Positions 8,979 through 17,792 of a stretch of DNA of 28,095 bases are shown here, piece by piece. Made by a program: the position numbers and the translations under genes. Origin of the DNA: Candidatus Thorarchaeota archaeon. Its GTDB lineage: Archaea > Asgardarchaeota > Thorarchaeia > Thorarchaeales > Thorarchaeaceae. The DNA lies in contig PRDI01000059.1 of assembly GCA_003345595.1 (NCBI GenBank), forward strand, positions 1-28,095, read 5' to 3'. Numbering within the stretch: position 1 is the stretch's first letter; every line of letters begins with the position of its first letter. The notes beneath the pieces are model-generated. The model ran no database searches and was not told the DNA's origin. It saw only the letters and a program-made list of their open reading frames with translations.

Positions 8979-10013
8979 ATGCGTAATTCTCGAGAATTGG
9001 TGCTTCAGAGTCTTCGCCATGAGCCGCCTGACCGCACCCCTGTTATCCCTCTTGCTGGTCTGTTCACAACGACAGTTTCAGGAATCCCCGTGAACAAGTT
9101 GCTGCGTGATGCCGATGCACAGACTCGTTCGCAGCTTGCTTCACTCAGGCAATTCGGCTACGACGGCGTCGTCACGATTATGGACCTCACTGCAGAGGCT
9201 GAGGCGCTCGGAGCTACCGTGAAGTATCAAGAGACCGCATTTCCGTACATCACTAAGCATCCATATCCGGTAGCCGCGGACTTTCCAGACCTCGAACTAC
9301 CAGAGATTAGGAAGACCCGGCTGTCTGTGTTCGTTGAAACAACGAGGAGTCTTGTGAAGCAAGTCGGAAAGACTCACTTCGTCGGCAGCTACGTGATAGG
9401 ACCATTCACTCTCGCGGGCCAGCTGATGGGAGTTGACCCACTATTTGAGCTGATCACAGACGATCCGGACAGGGCTTTGTCCATTGTGAATAGCTGCGAG
9501 AACGTGCTCGAACCATACGTTGAGCGGCTCCTCGAGGCAGGTACGCACAGTGTCATAATCCTGGAACCAACCGCCAGCTCAAGCGTGGTACCGCCTGACT
9601 TCTTCGTCAGGTATTCTGTGCCCAACGTCAAGAAACTGATCTCGCTCGCAAGAGCTCAGGGCGCAGGTTCGACGCTTCATATCTGTGGGAACACGACGAA
9701 GATCATCGGGCTCATGTGCGATACAGGGGCTGATGCTTTGAGTCTTGATTCCAAGATTAGTATTGAGGCAGCCATGAAGACAGTCAATCAGAGATGCACG
9801 ATCATAGGAAACGTCGACACGACCCTGATGCTCACTGGCACAGTCGACGAAATCGTGACGGCAACCGAGCAATGCATTCAAGCAGCAGGTCCAAGTGGAG
9901 CTGGATTCATTGCGAGTACTGGCTGCGACCTCCCGGTCGAAACTCCATTCGACAATGTCCGGGCATTAGTAGATACTGCCAAGGGTCACAAGCCCGCCAA
10001 GCGTTCTTTGTAG
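8979..10013 (+). CDS. MtaA/MtbA-like methylcobamide:thiol methyltransferase (UroD superfamily)
   Basis: DLTAEAEALG and GPFTLA; zinc-ligand pattern LHICG...STGCD (H-x-C...C) is intact. Confidence 0.82.
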   Translation: MRNSRELVLQSLRHEPPDRTPVIPLAGLFTTTVSGIPVNKLLRDADAQTRSQLASLRQFGYDGVVTIMDLTAEAEALGATVKYQETAFPYITKHPYPVAADFPDLELPEIRKTRLSVFVETTRSLVKQVGKTHFVGSYVIGPFTLAGQLMGVDPLFELITDDPDRALSIVNSCENVLEPYVERLLEAGTHSVIILEPTASSSVVPPDFFVRYSVPNVKKLISLARAQGAGSTLHICGNTTKIIGLMCDTGADALSLDSKISIEAAMKTVNQRCTIIGNVDTTLMLTGTVDEIVTATEQCIQAAGPSGAGFIASTGCDLPVETPFDNVRALVDTAKGHKPAKRSL

Positions 10014-10018
10014 GATGA

Positions 10019-10029
10019 TTGTCAGACCA
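10019..10029. promoter_or_regulatory. Putative operator TTGTCAGACCA in a convergent intergenic gap
   Basis: The most symmetrical copy of the recurring motif, but located between two gene 3' ends. Confidence 0.35.
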
Positions 10030-10136
10030 GTTGGCATTCCGACGGTGGACTCGTTTACACACGGACCATTCATTGTGGGATAGACAACCTTGGATTCGGT
10101 CGTCCTGACCATAGCAGACACGGCACACTCTTCGAA

Positions 10137-11579
10137 CTAGGGTTTCTTCTTTGCGCGCGCCTTGATTATCTCCCGCATCTTCGCCTCGACATCCTTGTCC
10201 AGAGGGCTAACCTTGTGAGTCTCTAGGATCTTCTTGATTTTCTCCTTCGCTCTCAAGACCATGTCTTTTGATCCCTTGCCTTCCCAGTCTGGTCTCGAGG
10301 TCCTGTCAGTAAGGGAAGGTATCCAGTACTCCTCCAAGAGGTGCTTGCGAGTGAAGTCTAGGCCCTCGTCACTGGTCAGGTAGTTGCTCTCATGACCAAT
10401 CCTATCAATCAAGTCCACGGCAAGGGTTTCCTTCGTTACCTTCATGCCTTTTGCTATCCGCTTGATTGCTCCGCATATCTCATTGCTGATGGCGAACATC
10501 TCATAGCTTGCCGTGATTCCGGTCTCCACAATGCCGTATACAGCGTCGTGCACTACATCTACGCCTGCAAGAGTTGCCGTTAGCACGTTCATTGTGTTCT
10601 CATAGGCTGCCTGCGCGTCTGGAACTTTCGAATCGACTATGCCCGCTGCTCCATAGTAGGGTATGCCGTAGTAATGGGCCACTTGGCAGAACGCAGCGTG
10701 TATCAGCCCGTTCTCTGGGCAGCCATACGAGGCCGTGCCATGTCTTTGGTCCATGATCGTCGCACATGATCCCCATATCATCGGAGTGCCTGGTCCGACA
10801 AGTTCTGTCAGAACGAGCACGGCGTGATTCTCAGCTACTCCCTGTACAACCATCCCGGCGAGCGTGACAGGGCCGCTTGCACTGGCCAGGGCTCCTGTGC
10901 TTATGTCAAAAGGAATCTTGTACTTAGCGCACTCAAGGGCGATGTCTATTATGTTTGCCGTGTATTTGAGCGGTGGCACATTGTTGAGGCCAGTATCGAT
11001 GATGGACGGGTTTCTAAGAAACTCCTCTTCGCCTCCTGCATATAGCTTGGCCATCTCAATTACGTCCCTGAATCCTTCTTGTGTCACTGCGAGAAAACTC
11101 AGGTGCTTCTCAGAGCTCTTGAACATCGAGAGCGCCATGGTCTGCTCAAGGATGTCTTGTGACACTTCCTGCGGGATTATGTTCGGCTTGATGTAATCCA
11201 CTGCCGGGAAGTAGTCAGCGAGCAATGTGAACTCCTCCAAGTCCCTAAGAGTTGAAGCTCTGCGCTGTCCTGTGTTCAGATCATACGTGGACTGAGCCCC
11301 AAACGCGTTTGTGAAATAGGAGTTGCCGTCGCCAATGAGTATGTTGTATTTCGGATTGATGGCTTTGAAGAGGTGCCTGCTCGGAGTCTTCCTCAACGTT
11401 TCCTTTACCAAGTACTCCGGTATGTGGGCGACCTTCTTCTTCTGATCAATAGTTGCACCTGCCTCTTTGAGTATCTTGAGAGCCTCGTCATGCTGAATGA
11501 GTATTCCGGTTCTCTCCAGTACTTCCATGGCAGCCATGTGTATCGCATAGACTTCGTTCCGACTCAGCAGTTCAAACAT
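10137..11579 (-). CDS. Trimethylamine methyltransferase (MttB) superfamily protein, pyrrolysine-free type
   Basis: IHMAAMEVLERTGI, GPVTLAG, DSKVPDAQAAYE, ETLAVDLIDRIG, WEGKGSKD. Uninterrupted 480 codons with no in-frame TAG. Confidence 0.92.
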   Translation of the reverse strand: MFELLSRNEVYAIHMAAMEVLERTGILIQHDEALKILKEAGATIDQKKKVAHIPEYLVKETLRKTPSRHLFKAINPKYNILIGDGNSYFTNAFGAQSTYDLNTGQRRASTLRDLEEFTLLADYFPAVDYIKPNIIPQEVSQDILEQTMALSMFKSSEKHLSFLAVTQEGFRDVIEMAKLYAGGEEEFLRNPSIIDTGLNNVPPLKYTANIIDIALECAKYKIPFDISTGALASASGPVTLAGMVVQGVAENHAVLVLTELVGPGTPMIWGSCATIMDQRHGTASYGCPENGLIHAAFCQVAHYYGIPYYGAAGIVDSKVPDAQAAYENTMNVLTATLAGVDVVHDAVYGIVETGITASYEMFAISNEICGAIKRIAKGMKVTKETLAVDLIDRIGHESNYLTSDEGLDFTRKHLLEEYWIPSLTDRTSRPDWEGKGSKDMVLRAKEKIKKILETHKVSPLDKDVEAKMREIIKARAKKKP

Positions 11580-11603
11580 TTAGCGTTCACCTACTCCCTG
11601 ATA

Positions 11604-12260
11604 TCAAGCTGGCTTTTTCGCGAGCAGCCGCACGGCAAGACTCACCGCTGTCACCGCATCACCTGCCCATCCATCAGCACCAATATCCCTTGCCCACTTC
11701 TCTGTGGTGGGGGCGCCTCCTATTATGACCTTGACCTTGTCCCTCAAGCCTGCTGCTTTCAGCTCGTCTATTATCTTCCTTTGAACAGGCATAGAGGAAG
11801 TGATGAGCGAGGAAAGGCCCAGAACGTCTGGTTTCTGGTCTCTCACATTCTTCAGGATGACCTCTATCGGTACATCCTCTCCCAAGTTCGCCACTTCGAA
11901 CCCGTGCGCCTCCATCATTGTGGCGACGATGTCCTTTCCAATGCTGTGAATGTCGCCCTGCACAGTTGCTATGACCACCTTGCCCGCACTCTTGATCTTG
12001 CTCTTTGAGGCCTTGATCTCCGGCAGAAGGACTGACATCCCCGCCTTCATAGCCTTGGCTGCTGCCATGAGCTCGACAAGGAAGACCTCGCCTTCACCGA
12101 ACTTGTCGCCAATCTCTCTGACACCTTTGGCCAACCCGTTGGTTATCGCGTCCATGGGAGATATCTTAGCTTCTAGAGCCTTCTTGGCTGCACTCGTGGC
12201 TTTGTCTTTGTTTCCTTGAATGACTGCTTCTCGCATTTCTTCTAGTATGGATGACGACAT
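11604..12260 (-). CDS. Corrinoid (B12-binding) protein, MttC/MtaC family
   Basis: N-terminal cap domain, DIHSIG (DxHxxG), GLSSL, IIGGAP, IGADGW. Confidence 0.95.
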   Translation of the reverse strand: MSSSILEEMREAVIQGNKDKATSAAKKALEAKISPMDAITNGLAKGVREIGDKFGEGEVFLVELMAAAKAMKAGMSVLLPEIKASKSKIKSAGKVVIATVQGDIHSIGKDIVATMMEAHGFEVANLGEDVPIEVILKNVRDQKPDVLGLSSLITSSMPVQRKIIDELKAAGLRDKVKVIIGGAPTTEKWARDIGADGWAGDAVTAVSLAVRLLAKKPA

Positions 12261-12339
12261 CGTTCTGTTACCTCACTTCTGTTGAACCGACTTTCATCTC
12301 AGGATGATATGTCCTCCGATAGTTCTCAGCTTCTGGTGA

Positions 12340-12360
12340 TAAAGAAAAAAAGAGGAGGAG
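12340..12360 (-). terminator. Oligo-T archaeal terminator after the APC permease gene
   Basis: Minus strand ctcctcctcTTTTTTTcTTT about 20 nt after the stop codon. Confidence 0.5.
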
Positions 12361-12371
12361 GCTTAGCCCCC

Positions 12372-13964
12372 TCACTCGGGTGGTAGAGACTCGTAGATAG
12401 ATCCTACTTCGATGTTCTTCTTCCTGAGGTGCCGGGCATACACCACAAACCACAGGGCCGAAAAGCCATACTGCACTGTCATCATGACCACGGAAAAGAA
12501 CGCTGCTCCTTGGAAGAAGCCTATCATCACGAAGAGTGACAACGGCAGTATTATGATACCCAGCAACGACACAACTGGGAACCCGGCAATCTCGGGTTGC
12601 TTCCTTATGCTGCCCTCGTAAAGTGGTCTCTTTAGATATGGAAGCTGCAGGGCGGCCATGGATTGGAATATCATTTCAACGCCCCAAAGTCCGACCAGGG
12701 AAGTGACAACAGCAAGGAAGGCGACCATACCTGGCAACGCAAAGACAAATGCGAATGGCAGGCTAAAGAGGAAGTAGTATGCGATTGCATAGGTCGGGGT
12801 GTGGTACTTCGAGAGCTTTCCAAAGAACGATGGCATCATGCGGTCAAGCGAGCCTTGGAAGAACCCTCGGGTCACCCATGCCATGTTGATCGGGGTCGCA
12901 GTGAGTCCGATTACTGGGGCGGAGAGTAGAATCCAGCCTGAAATAGCGGGGTTCCCCGCTAACACAGCCGTCATTGTACCAAATCCGGTCGTGAAGGTAG
13001 GAGTTATCGTCACGCTGGCAGCTGCCACAGCATACTGAGTGGAGAAGTAACCGAAAGTACCTTGGAACAAGGCTGCTCCTCCTGCGAGCAATACCGCTAG
13101 AATGATGCCGCCAAGGACCTGTACAAGAACGAGGTTCTTCGCAGGGTCAGACATCTCGCCACCATAGTGCAGGATCAGATATGGCCAGACAAGACCGACC
13201 GGCCAAATCGTGGCTAGGAAGGTCATCTGCCAGCTGAACGCCGGTGCAACACCGAACCCCGCACCCGTGGCGACAGTCACCACTTCGCTGTAGGCTCCGG
13301 CTCCGAAAGCGGCGTTCCATCTTGACTCGACCGCAGAGGCGGGAGTGGCGACAAGCACCAGTATCGCCATAATCCATCCTATCGTGGAGAACAGACCACC
13401 AATCATCTGAATACGGGGCTCAAGCCTGAATAGCGGACCTAAGTAGGCAACAATAACGAAGACGAGCATTAGGAATATTGAGAGTCCGACCAGAAGGTAT
13501 GGGTTTCCGATCTGGGCTGACATCGCTGCTCCCCATGATTTCAACATTGCGTTGCCGCTGACTGCTCCCCATTGAGCGAAAGCAGCACCTAGGTATACGA
13601 TAAAGAGGAAGAACTCACTCATCTTGATGATTGGATTCGCGATTATTCCTCGCCACACTGCGAGAATCCCTGTGACTGGGTTGAAACCTCTCGCCGAGAT
13701 TTGGTAGATACCTGCTGACCGCGGCATAGCCATGGACAGCAGTGTTATCATGACTGTGTAGATCAACATGAAGCCGAGACCTATGCTCCAGGTTAAGGCT
13801 GCGCTTATCCCGGGGTAGAGGTCCTGAAGAACGCCGGCGAACATCCACTGATATGTGCCGAGGCTTGCGCCTATTACGGCAAAGAGAGATGTCCAAGTGC
13901 CGAAGTACTTCGTGAGGCCCGATGTTGGTCTTAGAAACAGGACTTCTCCTGTACGTTGTGCCAC
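12372..13964 (-). CDS. APC-superfamily amino acid/amine permease
   Basis: 530 aa, 12 or more TM. FLRPTSGL N-terminus, AMPRSAGIY, GGEMSDP, DRMMPSFFGKLS..HTP, C-terminal YESLPPE. Confidence 0.9.
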   Translation of the reverse strand: MAQRTGEVLFLRPTSGLTKYFGTWTSLFAVIGASLGTYQWMFAGVLQDLYPGISAALTWSIGLGFMLIYTVMITLLSMAMPRSAGIYQISARGFNPVTGILAVWRGIIANPIIKMSEFFLFIVYLGAAFAQWGAVSGNAMLKSWGAAMSAQIGNPYLLVGLSIFLMLVFVIVAYLGPLFRLEPRIQMIGGLFSTIGWIMAILVLVATPASAVESRWNAAFGAGAYSEVVTVATGAGFGVAPAFSWQMTFLATIWPVGLVWPYLILHYGGEMSDPAKNLVLVQVLGGIILAVLLAGGAALFQGTFGYFSTQYAVAAASVTITPTFTTGFGTMTAVLAGNPAISGWILLSAPVIGLTATPINMAWVTRGFFQGSLDRMMPSFFGKLSKYHTPTYAIAYYFLFSLPFAFVFALPGMVAFLAVVTSLVGLWGVEMIFQSMAALQLPYLKRPLYEGSIRKQPEIAGFPVVSLLGIIILPLSLFVMIGFFQGAAFFSVVMMTVQYGFSALWFVVYARHLRKKNIEVGSIYESLPPE

Positions 13965-14001
13965 GTGAATAGCCTCGAAAGCCCGTTACAGCTCACGCTG
14001 G

Positions 14002-14026
14002 CATTTAAAAGTTTGGTCTGACACCT
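14002..14026 (-). promoter_or_regulatory. Permease promoter: TATA box TTTTAAAT with the adjacent AGGTGTCAGACCA motif
   Basis: Minus strand aggtgtcagaccaaacTTTTAAATg; TATA about 40 nt before the GTG at 13964. Confidence 0.6.
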
Positions 14027-14065
14027 GAGAAGCTTAAGTTCCATGGGTTCTGGGATGCCTCTAAT

Positions 14066-14773
14066 CTAAACTACGACTTTAACAATATAGTACCTTCTCC
14101 AAGGCCGGGGTTTCTTCACGACCTCGATATGGTCGTAATCAACAAACCCAAGACCAACCATGTGCTTCTCCGGTTCCTCACCTGCCTGCAACAAGTACTG
14201 TCGCAGTTCGTCGATGAGCATCTGCACGGTTTCGCGAAGGTCAATAGAGCGAAGTTTCTGCGCTTCCGGGTTATCCCTGAAGTACGCATCAATCTTGCCT
14301 GCGATTCTGGATCCGATGAGACCTCTGGAAACAAGGCCCGCAAGTAGTGATCCAAGAGCAATGAAGATCATGTAGGGTCCAATCTGCTGAAGAATGACAA
14401 CCCCCGGGGCAAAGAGTGATATGAATAGTATGAGGAAAGCAATGGGAACCAAGATCTGCCACATTGCCTCTATATAGGACTGCATCTTGGACAATCGGCG
14501 TGCACCGGGGATCTTGACGGTGATTCGAGCCATTTTCCACATCTTGAGCTGGACAGATTTCCAGTCTTCTGCAAACGGGCGGCCAAGATTGCCCGCCTGG
14601 ACCTTCTTATCAATCCAGCTGAAGTCATAGAAGACGTGGGATCTGTAGGCGTCTATCGTATAGGCGACCTTTCCAATCTCGGTGGGGTCCACCTTTCCCC
14701 GACGCGCACTCGGCTGAGAACGTCCGCGGTCTAGGCGTCCGCGCTCATCGTCATCGCCCATCATTTTTGTCAC
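14066..14773 (-). CDS. Hypothetical 2-TM membrane protein
   Basis: Central hydrophobic hairpin with soluble flanks; 11 nt downstream of the phosphoesterase stop, so probably co-transcribed. Start may be the ATG at 14764 or 14761. Confidence 0.75.
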   Translation of the reverse strand: MTKMMGDDDERGRLDRGRSQPSARRGKVDPTEIGKVAYTIDAYRSHVFYDFSWIDKKVQAGNLGRPFAEDWKSVQLKMWKMARITVKIPGARRLSKMQSYIEAMWQILVPIAFLILFISLFAPGVVILQQIGPYMIFIALGSLLAGLVSRGLIGSRIAGKIDAYFRDNPEAQKLRSIDLRETVQMLIDELRQYLLQAGEEPEKHMVGLGFVDYDHIEVVKKPRPWRRYYIVKVVV

Positions 14774-14784
14774 GGCTCTGGCGA

Positions 14785-15735
14785 CTACGCGGACACGTTC
14801 AGTACTTCAACCTTCCCACCCACTTCCTTGGGCAGGTCGAGGACGAAGGCGTTCAGCATACCTTGAACATAGACCGACCCCGAATTCACACATAGGGTTC
14901 GACCTATCTGTTCTATGCCGCCAGATTCGTGAATGTGCCCATGTAGACCAAGTAGGGGTTGGTACTTCTCAAACAGTTCCCGCATGCTCCTGCTGCCCAC
15001 ATGAACCATGTCAATGTTGCCAAAATGGATCTTCACTCTCTGCTGGCTGTCCAGTTTCGGAGCAAGATCGAGTCGCGTTCCGAATGGAGGCGCATGGAAA
15101 TTACAAATCAGGTTTTCGTACTGCCCGACTCGACTAAACTCCTCCTGCAGCCTGACCTTCAAATCCTCGTCAGAGCATTCACGAGGTGTCCCCCAAGGTG
15201 TGGAATTGACCCATTCGCAGCTGATCATCGAGTGAATCTCATCAATCTCCACCACGCGCTCGAGAGGGTATACTATCCTCTTGCTGTTCTTGATGAGATC
15301 ATCGATGGCCTGCGCGTCATCGTTTCCTGGTGATACGACAACCTTCACATCGGCAGGGACAGTTTCTTCAATCCATTGGAGCCAATCTCGTATCCTGTCG
15401 ATCATCAGTTTGGTGAACAGATCGCTTGCTTTCTTTTGGTCTGACTGCAACTCAGTCAGCTCTGACTCGGTGGTCATGAACCAGTAGAAGCCGCGCTTCT
15501 CGAAGGCCTTCTTCGCCGCTTCAACTGCCTCTTGATTCTTGTACTTCTCCCTTGTCCCATATGGAGCTGACCACCAAGAGCCCGGCTTGTCTTCTATGAT
15601 GGGCACAAGAGCCTTCCCGGTCAGGTCCCCACACATCATGACCACATCGCATTTGTATGCTTCGTGGACCTTTGCCATCTTTCGCAGTACTGGAACACTA
15701 CCGTGTGCATCGCATGAGAAGAAGAGTCGTGTCAT
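14785..15735 (-). CDS. Calcineurin-like metallophosphoesterase (Icc-related), GNDD variant
   Basis: All five motifs present: CDAHG, CGDLTG, PGNDD, NFHAPP, HGHIHE. Start moved to MTRLFFS. Confidence 0.9.
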   Translation of the reverse strand: MTRLFFSCDAHGSVPVLRKMAKVHEAYKCDVVMMCGDLTGKALVPIIEDKPGSWWSAPYGTREKYKNQEAVEAAKKAFEKRGFYWFMTTESELTELQSDQKKASDLFTKLMIDRIRDWLQWIEETVPADVKVVVSPGNDDAQAIDDLIKNSKRIVYPLERVVEIDEIHSMISCEWVNSTPWGTPRECSDEDLKVRLQEEFSRVGQYENLICNFHAPPFGTRLDLAPKLDSQQRVKIHFGNIDMVHVGSRSMRELFEKYQPLLGLHGHIHESGGIEQIGRTLCVNSGSVYVQGMLNAFVLDLPKEVGGKVEVLNVSA

Positions 15736-15766
15736 CGGCCGAATCCTTTCGGAAGGCAGCACAGCA

Positions 15767-15778
15767 GATATTTAAGTG
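15767..15778 (-). promoter_or_regulatory. TATA box CACTTAAATATC
   Basis: About 35 nt before ATG 15735. Identical 12-mer at 21150-21161 and variant CACTTATGTATC at 17820-17831, each at similar spacing from a minus-strand start. Confidence 0.6.
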
Positions 15779-15820
15779 TTAACTTGGGGGACTATAATAG
15801 CTTAATATCGAGGACTCTTC

Positions 15821-16603
15821 ATGCAGGGAGTAACAGGGCCGAATGATTCATTCGTCAAGGAAGGCTTGCGAATCGTACGGGCGGCTGAAAAGGAAGGAGT
15901 GGTCTTGAGAGTCATGGGTGCTGTGGCAATCAGGATTCATTGTCCCGGATCCCTTGACCTGCTCCAAAAGCTTGGACGTGATATATCGGACATCGATTTC
16001 GTGGGCTACGAGAAGCAGACCTCAAAGATAGAGAAGCTGATGCCGACACTTGGATACACCAGCAGGCGGCTATCTTACAGTTTTGCACAGGCAGGACGAT
16101 TGATCTTCTTGGACAGCTCCGACCCGACTGGCTCCAAGCACATCGATGTCTTTCTTGATAGATTGGCGATGTGCCATACTATTCCCTACTTGGGACGACT
16201 TGAGGTTGACAGTCCCACGGTTCCTCTTGCAGAGATTCTACTTCAGAAGACTCAGATTGTGCAGCTGAGTGAGAAGGATGTAAAGGACACCATGGTGCTT
16301 TTCAAAGAGCATGACATAGGCGCCGACGACTCGGACACAATCAACATACGCTATATCGCTGAGCTACTCTCGAAAGACTGGGGATTCTATCACACCGTGA
16401 CCACAAACCTGCAGAAGGTGAAATCGCTCGTCGACGGGTTTTCGGTCCTGTCGGCGCAAGACAAGCAACTCGTCGTGTCCAGGATTGACAAGAGCCTTGC
16501 TAGGCTCGATGCTGAGCCGAAGACCAGCGCTTGGAGAATGCGTGCAAAGGTTGGGGTCAAGAAGAAGTGGTACAAGGATGTGTATTCCCCCGCCAAGCTC
16601 TAG
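15821..16603 (+). CDS. Uncharacterised Pol-beta-superfamily nucleotidyltransferase
   Basis: hGAxA motif (VMGAVA), DxD (SDIDFV), third acidic residue (HIDVF), later LQK and KDVKD helices; basic Trp-rich C-terminal tail. Confidence 0.75.
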   Translation: MQGVTGPNDSFVKEGLRIVRAAEKEGVVLRVMGAVAIRIHCPGSLDLLQKLGRDISDIDFVGYEKQTSKIEKLMPTLGYTSRRLSYSFAQAGRLIFLDSSDPTGSKHIDVFLDRLAMCHTIPYLGRLEVDSPTVPLAEILLQKTQIVQLSEKDVKDTMVLFKEHDIGADDSDTINIRYIAELLSKDWGFYHTVTTNLQKVKSLVDGFSVLSAQDKQLVVSRIDKSLARLDAEPKTSAWRMRAKVGVKKKWYKDVYSPAKL

Positions 16604-16712
16604 TCCCTCCAGATCGAATCCTGACTCGGGTTTCCGATGCCTCTCCTGTTCCAGCCGTCTACTGCTTCGGCCTGTTCAACGATACTAGGCCGCCGAGTCC
16701 TCCGAAGCTCGA

Positions 16713-17792
16713 TCATTTCGGGAAGACTATCTGCACTTTGATTGATTTCGACTTCTCCTTGTTCAGAGCGATGTCGAATGCAGCAGGAGCATCATTGAGA
16801 GGATATCGGTGAGTGATGAGCTTCTTGACATCGAACTTACCTCGAGCCAGAAGGTCGAGTGATACAGCGAACTCCTTGATGTGAGTCCAGTTCTCGTATC
16901 CCCAAGCCGATCTCATGACCAGCTCCTTGGTGAGGAATCCGAATGGTTCGATTGAAACCGGCTTCACGTAGATTCCGGTCATCACTAGGATCCCCCTACG
17001 TCTCAGAACCGATAGGCCATCGGTGACCGCAGATGACTCTCCGCCAACAGATTCTATGACCTTGTCTACTCCATTGCCACCTGTCAATTCATTGATTCTG
17101 TCAACAGGTTTCTCAGTGCGTGCATTGATTACGCCTGCGGCTCCGAAATCCTTCGCTGCTCTAAGCTGGAAGTCGTGTGTGCCCACCGCATGAACTTCTC
17201 TGGCACCTGCCAGTAACGCCGCCTTGACTGCTAGAAGTCCGATTGTGCCGGCACCAAACACTGCGACCGTGTCCTCATTGGAAACCTGTGCGAGCCTGAC
17301 TGCATGCTCGGCCACGGAGATGCAGTCCAGCATGGCTGCCTCTTCGAATGACACACTCTCTGGCAGCTTGAAACAACTGTCAGCCGGGACTGCGCAATAC
17401 TCAGCCATGCCACCATTGAGGTAGAATCCTACGAGCCGAGAGGCAGAGCACAGATTGTACCACCCGGCACGGCACCACTTGCACACCCCGCAGCTGATGG
17501 TGGGCTCAACCCCAACTCTGTCACCCTTGGCAATCCCTGTCACGTCAGGTCCTATCTGGTAGACCTCTCCCGCGAGTTCATGCCCAGGCACGTATTTTCC
17601 TTCCCCAAGTTCAGAGGAAACGGGGATGGGAGTCTTCTGTTTGTAGAGATGCAGGTCGCTCCCGCATATCCCTGCCGCTTTCACTTTCAGGAGGACCCAC
17701 CCCGGTCGAAGGTCCGCAATGTTGATGCTTTCCACTCTGACGTCCTTCGGACCGTACAAGACTGCTGCTCGTGTGCTTTTCAAGCTCGACAC
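16713..17792 (-). CDS. Zn-dependent medium-chain dehydrogenase (threonine/sorbitol dehydrogenase-like)
   Basis: GICGSDLH, GHELAG, structural zinc CGVCKWC-x7-C, Rossmann GAGTIG. Confidence 0.93.
   Translation of the reverse strand: MSSLKSTRAAVLYGPKDVRVESINIADLRPGWVLLKVKAAGICGSDLHLYKQKTPIPVSSELGEGKYVPGHELAGEVYQIGPDVTGIAKGDRVGVEPTISCGVCKWCRAGWYNLCSASRLVGFYLNGGMAEYCAVPADSCFKLPESVSFEEAAMLDCISVAEHAVRLAQVSNEDTVAVFGAGTIGLLAVKAALLAGAREVHAVGTHDFQLRAAKDFGAAGVINARTEKPVDRINELTGGNGVDKVIESVGGESSAVTDGLSVLRRRGILVMTGIYVKPVSIEPFGFLTKELVMRSAWGYENWTHIKEFAVSLDLLARGKFDVKKLITHRYPLNDAPAAFDIALNKEKSKSIKVQIVFPK

Noticed and set aside
10137-11579. Pyrrolysine-containing MttB or genome-wide TAG recoding
   Set aside because: No in-frame TAG in the gene, and TAG terminates many full-length genes in this window (e.g. 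MFS, mttB, NTase).
11373-12008. 211-aa plus-strand ORF
   Set aside because: Antisense shadow of the corrinoid and mttB genes.
15821-16603. NTase as an AbiEii/MNT toxin-antitoxin or CBASS cyclase
   Set aside because: No adjacent HEPN or AbiEi gene, and the context is metabolic. A cyclase-like role with the 2-TM protein cannot be fully excluded, but I see no CD-NTase-specific features.
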